A model generated the notes under the pieces. It did no database searches and was not told where the DNA came from. It was given only the letters and a program-made list of their open reading frames with translations. A DNA stretch of 64,000 nucleotides, taken from the IMG/VR virus record IMGVR_UViG_3300045988_046609. The stretch is one strand, 5' to 3'. Of this stretch, positions 1 to 10,576 are shown piece by piece. The translations under genes and the position numbers were made by a program. Position 1 is the stretch's first letter. Each line of letters starts with the position of its first letter. This DNA is from a virus.

Positions 1-1107
<1,107 letters not shown>

Positions 1108-1108
1108 T

Positions 1109-1663
1109 ATGAAGAATATAAGTAATAAAATATACTGGAAACAAGGTTTTTATTGTGAACCGATAGACGGAGCGGTAGAAATAACAGAAGAATATTGGTA
1201 GGAATTATTATTTGCTCAATCTCAAGGTAAATTAATATCTGAAAATGAAAGTGGGTATCCTGTAGCTGTAGATTACGTAGCTACTATAGACGAAGTAAAG
1301 AAGATAACTATATAGAATATAGAGCGGTATGACAAATCAGATATTATTAATTCAGTAATTATTGATGGAACTTCCATTTGGCTTAATAAAACGGAGAGAT
1401 TATCTATAAGAGAATTAGCCAATATCAAAAAAGCTAACGGGGAAGCAGATATAACTGTATGGTACAATAATAATAAGACTATCATACCATTAAATCAATT
1501 TAACAGTATAATGGATAGTATAGAGTTATATGCATCTGAATGTTATAATACTACTCAACAACATATAGCCAACATTAAAAAACTAAACAGTAAAGAACAA
1601 ATTAACAATTATGACTATACTGTTGGATATCCAGATAAGTTAATCATAAACTTAAGTAAATAA
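1109..1663 (+). CDS. hypothetical protein of the tail-fibre module (TAG read as sense)
   Basis: ATG 1109 lies 1 nt after the upstream stop. Frame is open to TAA 1661-1663 with two in-frame TAGs and no TAA/TGA (read by hand). Confidence 0.6.
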
Positions 1664-1672
1664 CATATAACA

Positions 1673-2179
1673 ATGAAAGAAAACATAAATTTTAAAGCTA
1701 GTGTTACAGCTCCAGATCCTAAGGAAGTAAATTACTGGATTGATCTAAAAGAAGATCCAACAGGTGCTGTAATTAAAGTTTATAAGAATTCTGGTTGGGC
1801 TCCTATCAGTGGAGACACAGAAGTAATAGAACAACTAGAAGAGAAGATCGATAACAAAGCAGATAAGTCTGATACCTATAATAAGGAATAGGTAGACGCT
1901 AAGGTAGCATCTGTATATAGAGTGAAAGGTACTGTAGCAGACTTTGATTCTTTACCTGAGGTATCTGTAGTCGGAGATGTATACAACGTGGACGATACAG
2001 GGGCTAATTACGTATGCATTAATGCTGATCCAGCAGAATGGGATAAATTATCAGAAACTGTAGATTTAACTAATTGTATATCATCAGAGGTTGTTAACAA
2101 TATAGTTACTATGACTCAAGCAGAATATAACTCATTACCTAATAAAAATTCTAAAACATTATACTTGATTTACGAATAA
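1673..2179 (+). CDS. hypothetical tail-fibre-module protein (TAG read as sense)
   Basis: ORF-track fragments 1673..1891 and 1922..2179 share a frame and are joined across one TAG. Ends at TAA, 2 nt before the next ATG. Confidence 0.6.
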
Positions 2180-2181
2180 TT

Positions 2182-3423
2182 ATGGAACTTGGAGATAAAA
2201 ATATTGTAGCTGTCCGTTTAGGAAACGCTAACGTATTTACTAATTATTATGGGGTTAGTTTCCCTATAGAACCTCAAAGTACTACTTTGACTAGAATTGG
2301 TTATATGCCTTGGCATAAAGAATTACCGATTCAATCTAAAATGAAATCATGTACACTTACTGCCGATGGTGTGGTTAAATATCTTAAAGCAGACGATAGA
2401 ACTAAATATGAAGATGGTTCTGATAGAGATATGACTTTAAATACTATGGTAGAAATACCTGAGTTTTGGTATAAGTGTATGAAGGATGACAATACTGTAT
2501 ATCTAAATTTGTATCCTGCAGATCCCATGATACCTGGAGTAGAGCACGTAGAGAAGTTCTATATTTCAGCATACGAAGCATCTAATGTTGAAGATGTATA
2601 TAAATCTATTAAAGGTGATAATATTACTCCTTCGGTTAATATTGCAAGAACCACAATGCAACAAAGAGCTAGGGCTAATAAGGCCGGTAGTACCAATTGG
2701 AATATATATACCTATAATGCACACAAGGTACTTACTATACTATATTTAGTAGAATATGCTTGTACTAATTCTCAAAAAGCATTTAATGCTGAATTAACCA
2801 CAGAAGGTTATCATCAGGGAGGTCTAGGAGATGGTGTTACTACCGGTAGTATACAAGTGAATGGAGTAGATAAATATAGCTTCATACCCTGTGGTAGTAC
2901 TGATGAACACGGTAATTCTACAGGAGTTACTTCAGTTACTGTTGATAGCAGTGATGCAGAGGGAGTTGTTACTCAGAAGACTTATAGTGTTCCTACTTAT
3001 AGAGGAATAGAGAATCCATTTGGTCATGTATGGAAAAATTGTATAGACATACTTATACATTATAATGCAACTTCTACGAAAAATGATGTTTATGTTACTA
3101 CCGATGTAAGCAAATTTGGTTCGACTAACATTTCAGATTATAACTTACAATGTAGTACTGTAACTAATGAAGGTTATAAGAAGAGACTCATCTATAATGA
3201 ATCATTTGATTTGTTTCCACCAATTGATGAGGCATATGGAGGAAGTGCTACTACATACTGGTGTGATTATAACTATACTAATGATAGCACTTCAAATAGA
3301 ACCTTATTTGTAGGCGGTGGCACTGATACTGGTGCGCTTTCCGGTTTGCTCCGTTTGAATTCTCGCAATGCGCTTGACTCTGCTTATGCCTCTGTCGGTA
3401 CTCGGTTAATCTATATACCGTAA
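2182..3423 (+). CDS. DGR variable (target) protein 1, receptor-binding/tail-fibre-like, C-terminal variable region
   Basis: 413-aa uninterrupted ORF. The last ~37 codons (VR1) match the downstream template repeat except at template adenines. The C-terminus ...YWCDYNYTNDSTSNRTLFVGGGTDTGALSGLLRLNSRNALDSAYASVGTRLIYIP resembles C-type-lectin/FGE-fold DGR targets. Confidence 0.85.
   Translation: MELGDKNIVAVRLGNANVFTNYYGVSFPIEPQSTTLTRIGYMPWHKELPIQSKMKSCTLTADGVVKYLKADDRTKYEDGSDRDMTLNTMVEIPEFWYKCMKDDNTVYLNLYPADPMIPGVEHVEKFYISAYEASNVEDVYKSIKGDNITPSVNIARTTMQQRARANKAGSTNWNIYTYNAHKVLTILYLVEYACTNSQKAFNAELTTEGYHQGGLGDGVTTGSIQVNGVDKYSFIPCGSTDEHGNSTGVTSVTVDSSDAEGVVTQKTYSVPTYRGIENPFGHVWKNCIDILIHYNATSTKNDVYVTTDVSKFGSTNISDYNLQCSTVTNEGYKKRLIYNESFDLFPPIDEAYGGSATTYWCDYNYTNDSTSNRTLFVGGGTDTGALSGLLRLNSRNALDSAYASVGTRLIYIP
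3313..3408 (+). repeat. DGR variable region VR1
   Basis: Ungapped alignment to TR at offset +144: 96 positions, 27 differences at TR adenines, 3 elsewhere (3326, 3377, 3404). TR codons in the VR frame are mostly AAT/AAC/AGT. Confidence 0.9.
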
Positions 3424-3436
3424 TTTAAATATAGAT
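3409..3436 (+). promoter_or_regulatory. inverted repeat immediately 3' of VR1 (possible DGR target-recognition hairpin)
   Basis: atctatat (3409-3416) and atatagat (3429-3436) are perfect reverse complements with a 12-nt spacer, starting right after the last VR1/TR-aligned base. Confidence 0.5.
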
Positions 3437-3456
3437 AAAGTTGTCCTCTGTCATTA

Positions 3457-3552
3457 AGCAGTAACACTAGTAATAGTACGAATTCCAGTTTGCTCAATTT
3501 GAATTCTAACAATACACTTAGCAATGCTAATGCCAATGTCAGTACACTGAAA
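3457..3552 (+). repeat. DGR template repeat (TR)
   Basis: Non-coding, A-rich copy of VR1 between the target gene stop (3423) and the RT start (3681). It also matches VR2 at 60680-60745 on the minus strand. Confidence 0.9.
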
Positions 3553-3680
3553 CCTTAACAAAACATATCTGAATAATAAGATGAAAAAAACTGTTAGAGG
3601 AGACTTTACCACTAGGTAAAAAATGACTAATTAAAATCTTCGTGTTAGTAACTTTGTGAAAACTCGAAATAGGATTTCAG

Positions 3681-4688
3681 ATGAAAAGATACAATAATTT
3701 ATTTGATAAAATAGTAAGTTTAGATAACTTATATGAGGCTGATAAAAGAGCTAGAAGATAGAAATCACATAGACCTGAAGTAATGTTATTTGATAAGAAC
3801 AAAGACAAGTTACTTTTAGATCTACAGAGAAAACTAATAAATGGGGAATACGAAACTTCCGAATATTATGTTTTCAAAATATATGAACCAAAAGAAAGAG
3901 AAATATTTAAGCTACCATACTATCCTGACAGAATTGTACATCACGCAATTATGAATATAATGGAGCCTATATGGGTATCTGCATTTGTAAAAGGAACTTA
4001 TAGTTGCATTAGAAAGCGCGGTATACACAAAGCTTTAAAAGATGTTAAATTTGCTTTAAAGGATGAAATAAATACGCAGTACTGTTTAAAGTTAAATATC
4101 AGAAAGTTCTATCCTTCTATAGATCACGATATATTAAAAACAATAATAAGGAAAAAAATAAAAGACAAAAGACTATTAAGTCTGCTAGATGAAATAATAG
4201 AATCAGCTTAGGGAGTACCTATTGGTAATTACTTATCCTAGTTCTTTGCTAATTTATACCTTACTTATTTAGATCACTGGATTAAAGAACAAAAGAAAGT
4301 TAGATACTACTTTAGATATGCAGATGATATTGTAATATTGGGTGGAGATAAGTAGTAGTTACGAGATTTATTCTATAATATACAGGATTATCTTAATAAT
4401 AAATTAAAGTTAAACTTTAAGGATAATTGGTAGATATTTAAGGTAGATTCGAGAGGTATAGATTTTGTAGGATATAGAGTATTTCATACTCATACACTAT
4501 TAAGAAAGCGTATAAAAAAGAAATTCTGCAAAAAGATAAACAAGTTAAATAAAAAATAGAACCTAGATAAAGATACATATAAGCAAAAAATATGTAGCTA
4601 TATAGGTTGGATTAAATACTGTAATGGACGTAACTTGTTAAATAAAATGTCTAAATATAAAAAGCTATTAGAATATATTAAAGAATAA
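3681..4688 (+). CDS. DGR reverse transcriptase (7 in-frame TAG codons read as sense)
   Basis: Frame is open from ATG 3681 to TAA 4686-4688 if TAG is sense. Contains YADD (4317-4328) and GVPIGNYLS-TAG (TAG 4239-4241), where DGR RTs carry the (I/L)GxxxSQ motif. N-terminus MKRYNNLFDKIVSLDNLYEADKRARR-TAG-KSHRPEV. Confidence 0.9.
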
Positions 4689-4751
4689 TTAGACTAAGAA
4701 ACTATATATAAATATATACGTTTTATAAGTATATCAAAACAATATTATCAG

Positions 4752-4790
4752 CCCTGGCAGACTAATTATCAGCTAGGGTTTTACTTTTCA
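4752..4790 (+). terminator. intrinsic terminator after the RT gene
   Basis: ccctggc (4752-4758) pairs with gctaggg (4772-4778; one G-U pair), followed by tttt. Confidence 0.55.
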
Positions 4791-4801
4791 AAACACTTGC
4801 T

Positions 4802-5335
4802 ATGATTCACAATATGGGAGATCCGGTTATGACACTATTAAAAAGTATGTTCAGCAGTGCACAAAAAATATCTGCTGGAATACTAGCGGGAATCACTAGC
4901 TACTTTGCACCAATTTCAGTAACTGTTGTTTGCGTATGTTTATTTATCATTGTAGATGTAATCCTTGGTTATAAAGTTTCTCGTAAGTATGGTCATAAGT
5001 AGATAGAGTCCTACAAATTATGGAAGACTATAAATAAGTTATTTGAGGCTGTACTGTTGATAGCAGGAGCACATGTAATAGATACTAGTATAGTTACTTC
5101 TATAGATTTGCATACTGTAGAGTTTATATCTGGTATGATATGTGGAACAGAGTTTATATCTTGGCTTGAATCTATGAAAGATTTACATCCAGATTGCAAG
5201 ATTTGTAAAGTAATAGAAAAAGTTTTAGGAAAGGTTATCAAATCTAAAGGTGAGAAATATCTCGGAGTAGATATTGACATTAATGATTTAAAAAATACCA
5301 ATAATGATAATAACAGCAATACTCACAGTAGTTAA
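4802..5335 (+). CDS. holin (TcdE/phage holin family 4-like; one TAG read as sense)
   Basis: Fragments 4802..5002 and 5057..5335 share a frame across one TAG. Multiple TM segments, and IIVDVILG...AGAHVIDTS...GTEFISWLESM resembles holin family 4. Confidence 0.6.
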
Positions 5336-5942
5336 TTGGTTGAAAGGAAATTTCAAAGCACTTACCATAAGTTTCATATGTATTCTAACGGTAAGTGCTT
5401 TTTTTATGTACAACCAACTGAAAAAAAAGGATGCAGAGATAGCGAGGCTAGTTAATAATACTAGTTACTATGAATCTCTATTTGACAAGAAAGATTAGGC
5501 TAATAGAACATTATAGCTTACTATAGATTAGTTAAAATGTAGTAAAGACAGTATAATTGAATAGCTTAATGAAACCAAAAAGAAATTAAAAGTTAAAGAT
5601 AAGAACCTGGTACAAGCTCAAGTAATCAATGCAGAAGTAAAGGATTCAATCAAAACAGTAATCCAAACAAAAGAATCAGATTTTAGTAAGGAGTTAAAAC
5701 TCAATAAATTAACAACAATCATAGTAAGTAGAAAAGATTCAATCTTATCAGTCACATTAGATTTGAAGAATGCTTAGACATTGTTCATAGAAGAAAAAAA
5801 AGTGTATCGTAATTAGTACAAATCGTGGCTGTCCAGGTTCTTTCACTTTGACTTTAAAAAAGATAAAATTCGCAAATTTACTATAGATAATTCCAATAAA
5901 CTTATCAAAGTAACTGATACCAGAATAATAGAAATCAAATAA
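5304..5942 (+). CDS. membrane-anchored coiled-coil protein, possible spanin-like lysis component (7 TAG read as sense)
   Basis: N-terminal TM (MIITAILTVVNWL...ILTVSAFFMY). Frame checked by hand from 5304 to TAA 5940-5942: only TAG interruptions. Overlaps the holin 3' end. Confidence 0.5.
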
Positions 5943-5977
5943 ACTATTATTATAAACATAAATTAATCAATAATAAT

Positions 5978-6580
5978 ATGCATAGAATAATCCGTACAAA
6001 AGCTTATGAAGCTGAACACGGTCCTCATTTCAATGAAGAACATGCTCGTAAAGCTGTAAATAAAATGGAAAATGAAGACGGAACAAGAGGTCAACATTGG
6101 TCATTAGAAGAAACTACAGCATTAGCTAATCAATATGGTATTCGTTTAGATGAAAAGATAAACAAATATGATTGGTACGTTGCATTGAATATGGTATACT
6201 CTGATTACTATCGTGTCATTGTTAACATTACCGGCACTAACAATACGAAGTTCTTCGTAGAATTAGCTAAAGCTTGGATCTGTGACAAAGATATAGATGA
6301 AGGTAAGATGTGGTTCTACTATATTTATGTCATGTGTGATAAGATTAGAAACGCTGAAGAAGATCTTTATGAAAGACATTACAGCAAGTACGAAGATGAT
6401 GACGAAGAGGAACGTTATGGAAACTACCGTAGAATGGGTAGATCTTCATATGGTAGACGTAGAGAATACGACAGAGAATACGATGAAAGAGACTTTGAGA
6501 AGGAGAGAGAAAGAGAAAAATCCTTTCCTATGGAAGAAGAATTCAAACGTGGTCGTTCTGTGCGCTACATTAGATATTAA
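5978..6580 (+). CDS. hypothetical protein with Arg/Glu/Asp-rich C-terminus
   Basis: 200-aa uninterrupted ORF in the late block. No motif recognised. Confidence 0.6.
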   Translation: MHRIIRTKAYEAEHGPHFNEEHARKAVNKMENEDGTRGQHWSLEETTALANQYGIRLDEKINKYDWYVALNMVYSDYYRVIVNITGTNNTKFFVELAKAWICDKDIDEGKMWFYYIYVMCDKIRNAEEDLYERHYSKYEDDDEEERYGNYRRMGRSSYGRRREYDREYDERDFEKEREREKSFPMEEEFKRGRSVRYIRY

Positions 6581-6612
6581 TCAAATTAAATCAATCCTAA
6601 ATAAAATCAATT

Positions 6613-7482
6613 ATGTTAGAAGATAAAATTATCCTTCAAGACCGCGGTTTCGACGCTGGTCTAGCTGCTTTAATGCAGAACGCAAATAAAGGTATGGACC
6701 CTGCTGCTTTGATGGCTATGATGAATAACAATGGAGGTTTCGGCGGTAACGGCGGATGGTGGTGGATCTGGATTATCCTGATCTTCTTCTGCTGGGGCGG
6801 TTGGGGTGGTAATGGCTTCGGTAACAGAAGTTGTGAAGCTTCACAGCTTGCTTCTCAATTAAATACTGATGCCAATACTAATCTGCTAATGCAAGCAATC
6901 AATGGTAACAAAGAAGCTATCGGCACATTGTCTAATACTTTGAATTGTGATATTAATTCAGTTCAAAATGCTCTGAATACTATTAATGCAAGTGTAAGTC
7001 AGATAGCTTGCGATACCAAACTTACGGGTGCACAAGTAATTAATGCTATACAGAGTGGTAACGCTAGTCTTGCATCACAATTGGCTTCTTGCTGCTGTGA
7101 TGTACGTAACGCTATAACTACTCAGGGTTATGAGAGCCAATTAGCTATTGTAAATCAGACTAATACTCTGACAAGCAATGCTAATACTCAGTTCAATATA
7201 CTGGGTGCTAAAATAGATGCTCAGACCCAAATCATCAATGACAGATTCTGTCAACTTGAAATGCGTGAAATGCAGAACAAGATCGACAGCCTTCGTGAAG
7301 ATAAAGCTACATTGCAGTTAGCTGCTTCACAGCAAGCTTAGACAGCTAATATCGTTAATCAAATTAGACCTTGTCCGGTTCCTGCATATCTGACATGTAA
7401 TCCTTACGGATGTAACGGTGGCTTCTCAGACTATGGTTATAATGGTTATGGTTACTCTGGCGGATGTGGTTGTGGATGCTAA
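6613..7482 (+). CDS. hypothetical membrane protein, Gly/Trp-rich TM, Asn/Gln/Thr/Ser-rich (possibly helical) middle, Cys/Gly-rich tail (one TAG)
   Basis: ORF 6613..7341 continues through one TAG to TAA 7480-7482. Contains GGFGGNGGWWWIWIILIFFCWGGWGGNGFG and ends ...CNGGFSDYGYNGYGYSGGCGCGC. Confidence 0.6.
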
Positions 7483-7497
7483 GAAAAGGAGGTAAAT

Positions 7498-7932
7498 ATG
7501 TTTTTCAATTTTAATCCTTATCCGTTCAACAGAAGTAGAGTAAGAACTATAGATAACTTTGGTATACCATCATTAAGAACAATATATGTTACTACTGATA
7601 CTACCAATAATACTGTTACTTATGGTATATGTCCTAGAATATGGAGACAAATGCCATGTGAAGGAATGTTTTTACTTAATATAGTAAATACTCCTGCATC
7701 AACAGTAACAGCAGCTTCTCTAGTAAGTATTGACTCAACTAGAACAGCTAATCAAGTAAGTCCTACGACTACTACTTCAACAGGGGCTAGAGCTCTTATA
7801 AATGGCTCAGGTGATCAAATGGTTACAGAAGAAATTTCTACTGGAAATAGATATTTAATTTATTACAATAAAGCAAATGGTATATTCCAGACTGTAAACC
7901 ACATAGTGTTGCCTACTACTGCTACTGCGTAA
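7498..7932 (+). CDS. hypothetical small abundant virion protein
   Basis: 144-aa ORF preceded by aaggagg 7 nt upstream (unusually strong SD for this window) and followed by a hairpin. Confidence 0.65.
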   Translation: MFFNFNPYPFNRSRVRTIDNFGIPSLRTIYVTTDTTNNTVTYGICPRIWRQMPCEGMFLLNIVNTPASTVTAASLVSIDSTRTANQVSPTTTTSTGARALINGSGDQMVTEEISTGNRYLIYYNKANGIFQTVNHIVLPTTATA

Positions 7933-7943
7933 TTTTTTAATCA

Positions 7944-7967
7944 AAAGGGCTCTTAACGGAGCCCTTT
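7944..7967 (+). terminator. hairpin terminator
   Basis: aaagggctc / gagcccttt form a perfect 9-bp stem with loop ttaacg. Confidence 0.6.
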
Positions 7968-7981
7968 AATAAATACTTATT

Positions 7982-8550
7982 ATGATAACATTTGCACAAT
8001 TAAATATAGGAGATCCTATACATGTATTAGAAATAACTGGGACATTCAAAAAAAAGTACTACTTACTATAAAGGTACTGTGATGAATGTGTCCAAGGTTT
8101 ATGATGAACCACTTCCTCCTCAACAGTTCCCTTTGCCTAATTAGAATAGAAAGAAATTAGTAGACATAACAATAGGGTGTGATGGCGAATAGAAAAAATT
8201 ATCTGTAGAAGAAGGTAAATCCATTATAACAGATGGAACTGTAGGTTTAACTATAGCAACTGATAAACAACAGATAATAACAATGGTAAAAAAATAATTA
8301 TAACGAATACAAAGCAAAGAAGGAGGCTTTAGCTAAGTATGAAGAAGAGATGAATAAGTGCGATGCAATACTCAAGTAGTTAGATTACTAGGAAGAAAAC
8401 ATAAAACAAGAAGACCCTAGAATAAAAGAATTACAAGAACAAGTTGCAGAGTTAAAAGGATTAATAAAGCAAGCAGGAAACATGGTTCCACCTTAGATGA
8501 AATAGATGTTACCATAGAATATGCAAAAAGCAATGAATGAGGCTAGTTAA
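7982..8550 (+). CDS. putative ~189-aa coiled-coil protein that needs two +1 frame changes at poly(A) runs (plus TAG read as sense)
   Basis: Three consecutive open segments: frame 2 7982-8071, frame 0 to 8297, frame 1 to TAA 8548-8550. The junction windows contain A8 (8048-8055) and A7 (8288-8294). The unit is bracketed by terminators at 7944-7967 and 8540-8565. Confidence 0.4.
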
Positions 8551-8565
8551 TACTAGCCTTTTTTA
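8540..8565 (+). terminator. intrinsic terminator
   Basis: aggctagt / actagcct form an 8-bp stem with loop taat, followed by tttttt. Confidence 0.75.
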
Positions 8566-8682
8566 TTTTAAGCCTTTTATTTAAACGCTATTACTATATC
8601 TTGTCAATTGTACTACTTTACATATAAAGTGTCTAAAAAGTCCTTAAAATACGTTATAGATATATTTAATAAATAATGCATT

Positions 8683-9334
8683 ATGAAATTAAACACATTG
8701 AATACTATTATTGATGATATTTTACTTGAATTGCGCAATAGTTCTGTTTCTGAATCAGAACACATAAGTAGAATATAGATAGAGCAATGGATTAACAATT
8801 ACCGAGCTTTACTAATTAAGCAAGACATAGATAAGGGTAGAGATATTAATCCCATGTATGTTCAAACTATTAGATGTATACACTTAGAAAGAGTGTATAC
8901 CAGGTCACTTTGTATATGTTAGTGATATAACGTTACCTAAACTCATAGACTTTCACTTCAGAACAGGTCTAGTTTCTGTAAAGGATATGTATGGTAATCT
9001 GATATAGTTAGGTAGTGAGTCCAAAATGAAACTTTAGAAGTATAGAAAATATACATGTAAGGATTATATTGCTTACTTAAAAGATAGTCGTATATACGTA
9101 GAAGGAGGTAACAATCAGTTAGAATATATAGAGGCTGATGTTATACTAGAGAATCCTGCAGATGCTAATGAATGCTTTGATCCAGACGAACCGTATCCAG
9201 CACCTGCACACATGATTCCTACTATAAAAGATCTTATATTCAGTAAAGAGCTGAATATTATGCCCAAGATGCCTGCGGATACTACTAATAACTCTAATGA
9301 CGATATGTAGAACATATATAAACAATAGCAATAA
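8683..9334 (+). CDS. virion structural protein, apparently split by a +1 frame change near 8887-8893 (TAG read as sense)
   Basis: Frame 1 runs 8683..8925 (MKLNTLNTIIDDILLELRNSS...). Frame 2 is open from 8816 to TAA 9332-9334 (...ECIPGHFVYVSDITLPKLIDF...). The two could also be separate overlapping genes (8683..8925 and 8858..9334). Confidence 0.45.
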
Positions 9335-9780
9335 TGAATAAGAAATCATATACTATAATGGACTTTTATTAGTTCTACTTATCTAATATAGAAAGAGATA
9401 CTGTATACGATGTTGACTACAAAGTATATAGACAGATAGTTGAAGATTACTTTAGATTTATAGTAGAAGAAATAATGGAGCATGGTAAAGAATTTAGATT
9501 ACCATGTAGATTAGGATACTTAAGTATTGTTAAGAGATAGCCTAAAAACTTCGACAATAAGAGTCTTAGAATAGACTATCACGAGAGTGCTATACAAGGT
9601 AAAGCCGTTTACTTTATTAATGAACATTCCGATTATTTTAAGTACAGATTTTTGTGGTCTAAAAAGGAATCATTATTAACTAATAAAACAAGATATTAGT
9701 TTGTAGCAACTAGAGCTAATAAAAGAAGATTAGCTCAAATAATTAAGAATAGAGAACATGATTACGTGGAAATTAAGTGA
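9334..9780 (+). CDS. hypothetical protein (3 TAG read as sense)
   Basis: ATG 9334 overlaps the previous stop. Frame read by hand to TGA 9778-9780. Confidence 0.6.
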
Positions 9781-10576
9781 TATTTAGTATATACCAAAAC
9801 AAGCCGGAATATACCAAATTAAGAATGTCTTAAACGGTCATTCTTATATAGGTAGTACTAATAACTTTTATGATAGATTAATACAGCATCGTTCTCATCT
9901 AAGAAAGTAGAAACATCATAGCATCGCGTTGCAAAGAGCTTATGATAAATATGGAGAATATAATTTTGAAGTAAACGTACTAGAAATATGTTCTCCTGTA
10001 AGAGATACTTTATTGTATTTAGAACAAAAATATTTAGATTTAAATCCAGAGTATAACATAAGTAAAATAGCAAGTCATCCATCAAACACTGGGCATAAGA
10101 TGCCGGAGCAAGCGAAGAAAAGATTGCATGATCTATATTACGGAAAGAAAAGAGATCCCAAAATAGTAGATAAAGCAACAAAAAATAGAATAGGGAAAGG
10201 ATGTAAAAATGTATATTGTTATAATAAAGATGGAGAATTTATAGGGTGTTTTCTAAATTCGAAACAAGCAGTCAAGTTATTAAATCTTAATGTAACTCCA
10301 GGTACAATAAACAAATGTTGCACAGGATTATGTAAAAGCATTGGTGGATTTATATGGTCTTATGATTATAAGACAGATATTTCTTATAAAAAAGACAATG
10401 CAAAAAGAACTAAAATAGTTAGAATTTATAAAGATGGAATAGAAAAAATATACAGTTCTATTACTGAAGCTGCTAAAGATACGGGAAACATAAACAATAA
10501 ATCTGCCATATCTGATTGTTTACGTGGTAGAAGAAAAACAGCTTATGGCTCTAAATGGAGGTATTACAATGATTGA
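9758..10576 (+). CDS. GIY-YIG homing endonuclease (2 TAG read as sense)
   Basis: MITWKLSDI-TAG-YIPKQAGIYQIKNVLNGHSYIGSTNNFYDRLIQHRSHLRK-TAG-KHHSIALQRAYDKYGEYNFEV: GIY...YIG...R...E layout with a NUMOD-like C-terminal half. Overlaps both neighbouring genes. Confidence 0.85.

Noticed and set aside
3424-3680. An Avd accessory gene between VR1 and the RT.
   Set aside because: The interval is 257 nt, is occupied by the TR and has no ORF. The absence is noted under the DGR finding rather than annotated.
6297-6626. Alternative-frame ORF overlapping the 3' half of 5978..6580.
   Set aside because: It is fully nested in a longer ORF with a more protein-like sequence, and there is no independent signal.
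8037-8297. Linking the 8-nt loop of tRNA-like element 2 to quadruplet decoding of the +1 junctions at A-runs.
   Set aside because: The loop sequence AAGATATA has no U33 and no UUUU-type anticodon, so nothing in the sequence supports the connection.
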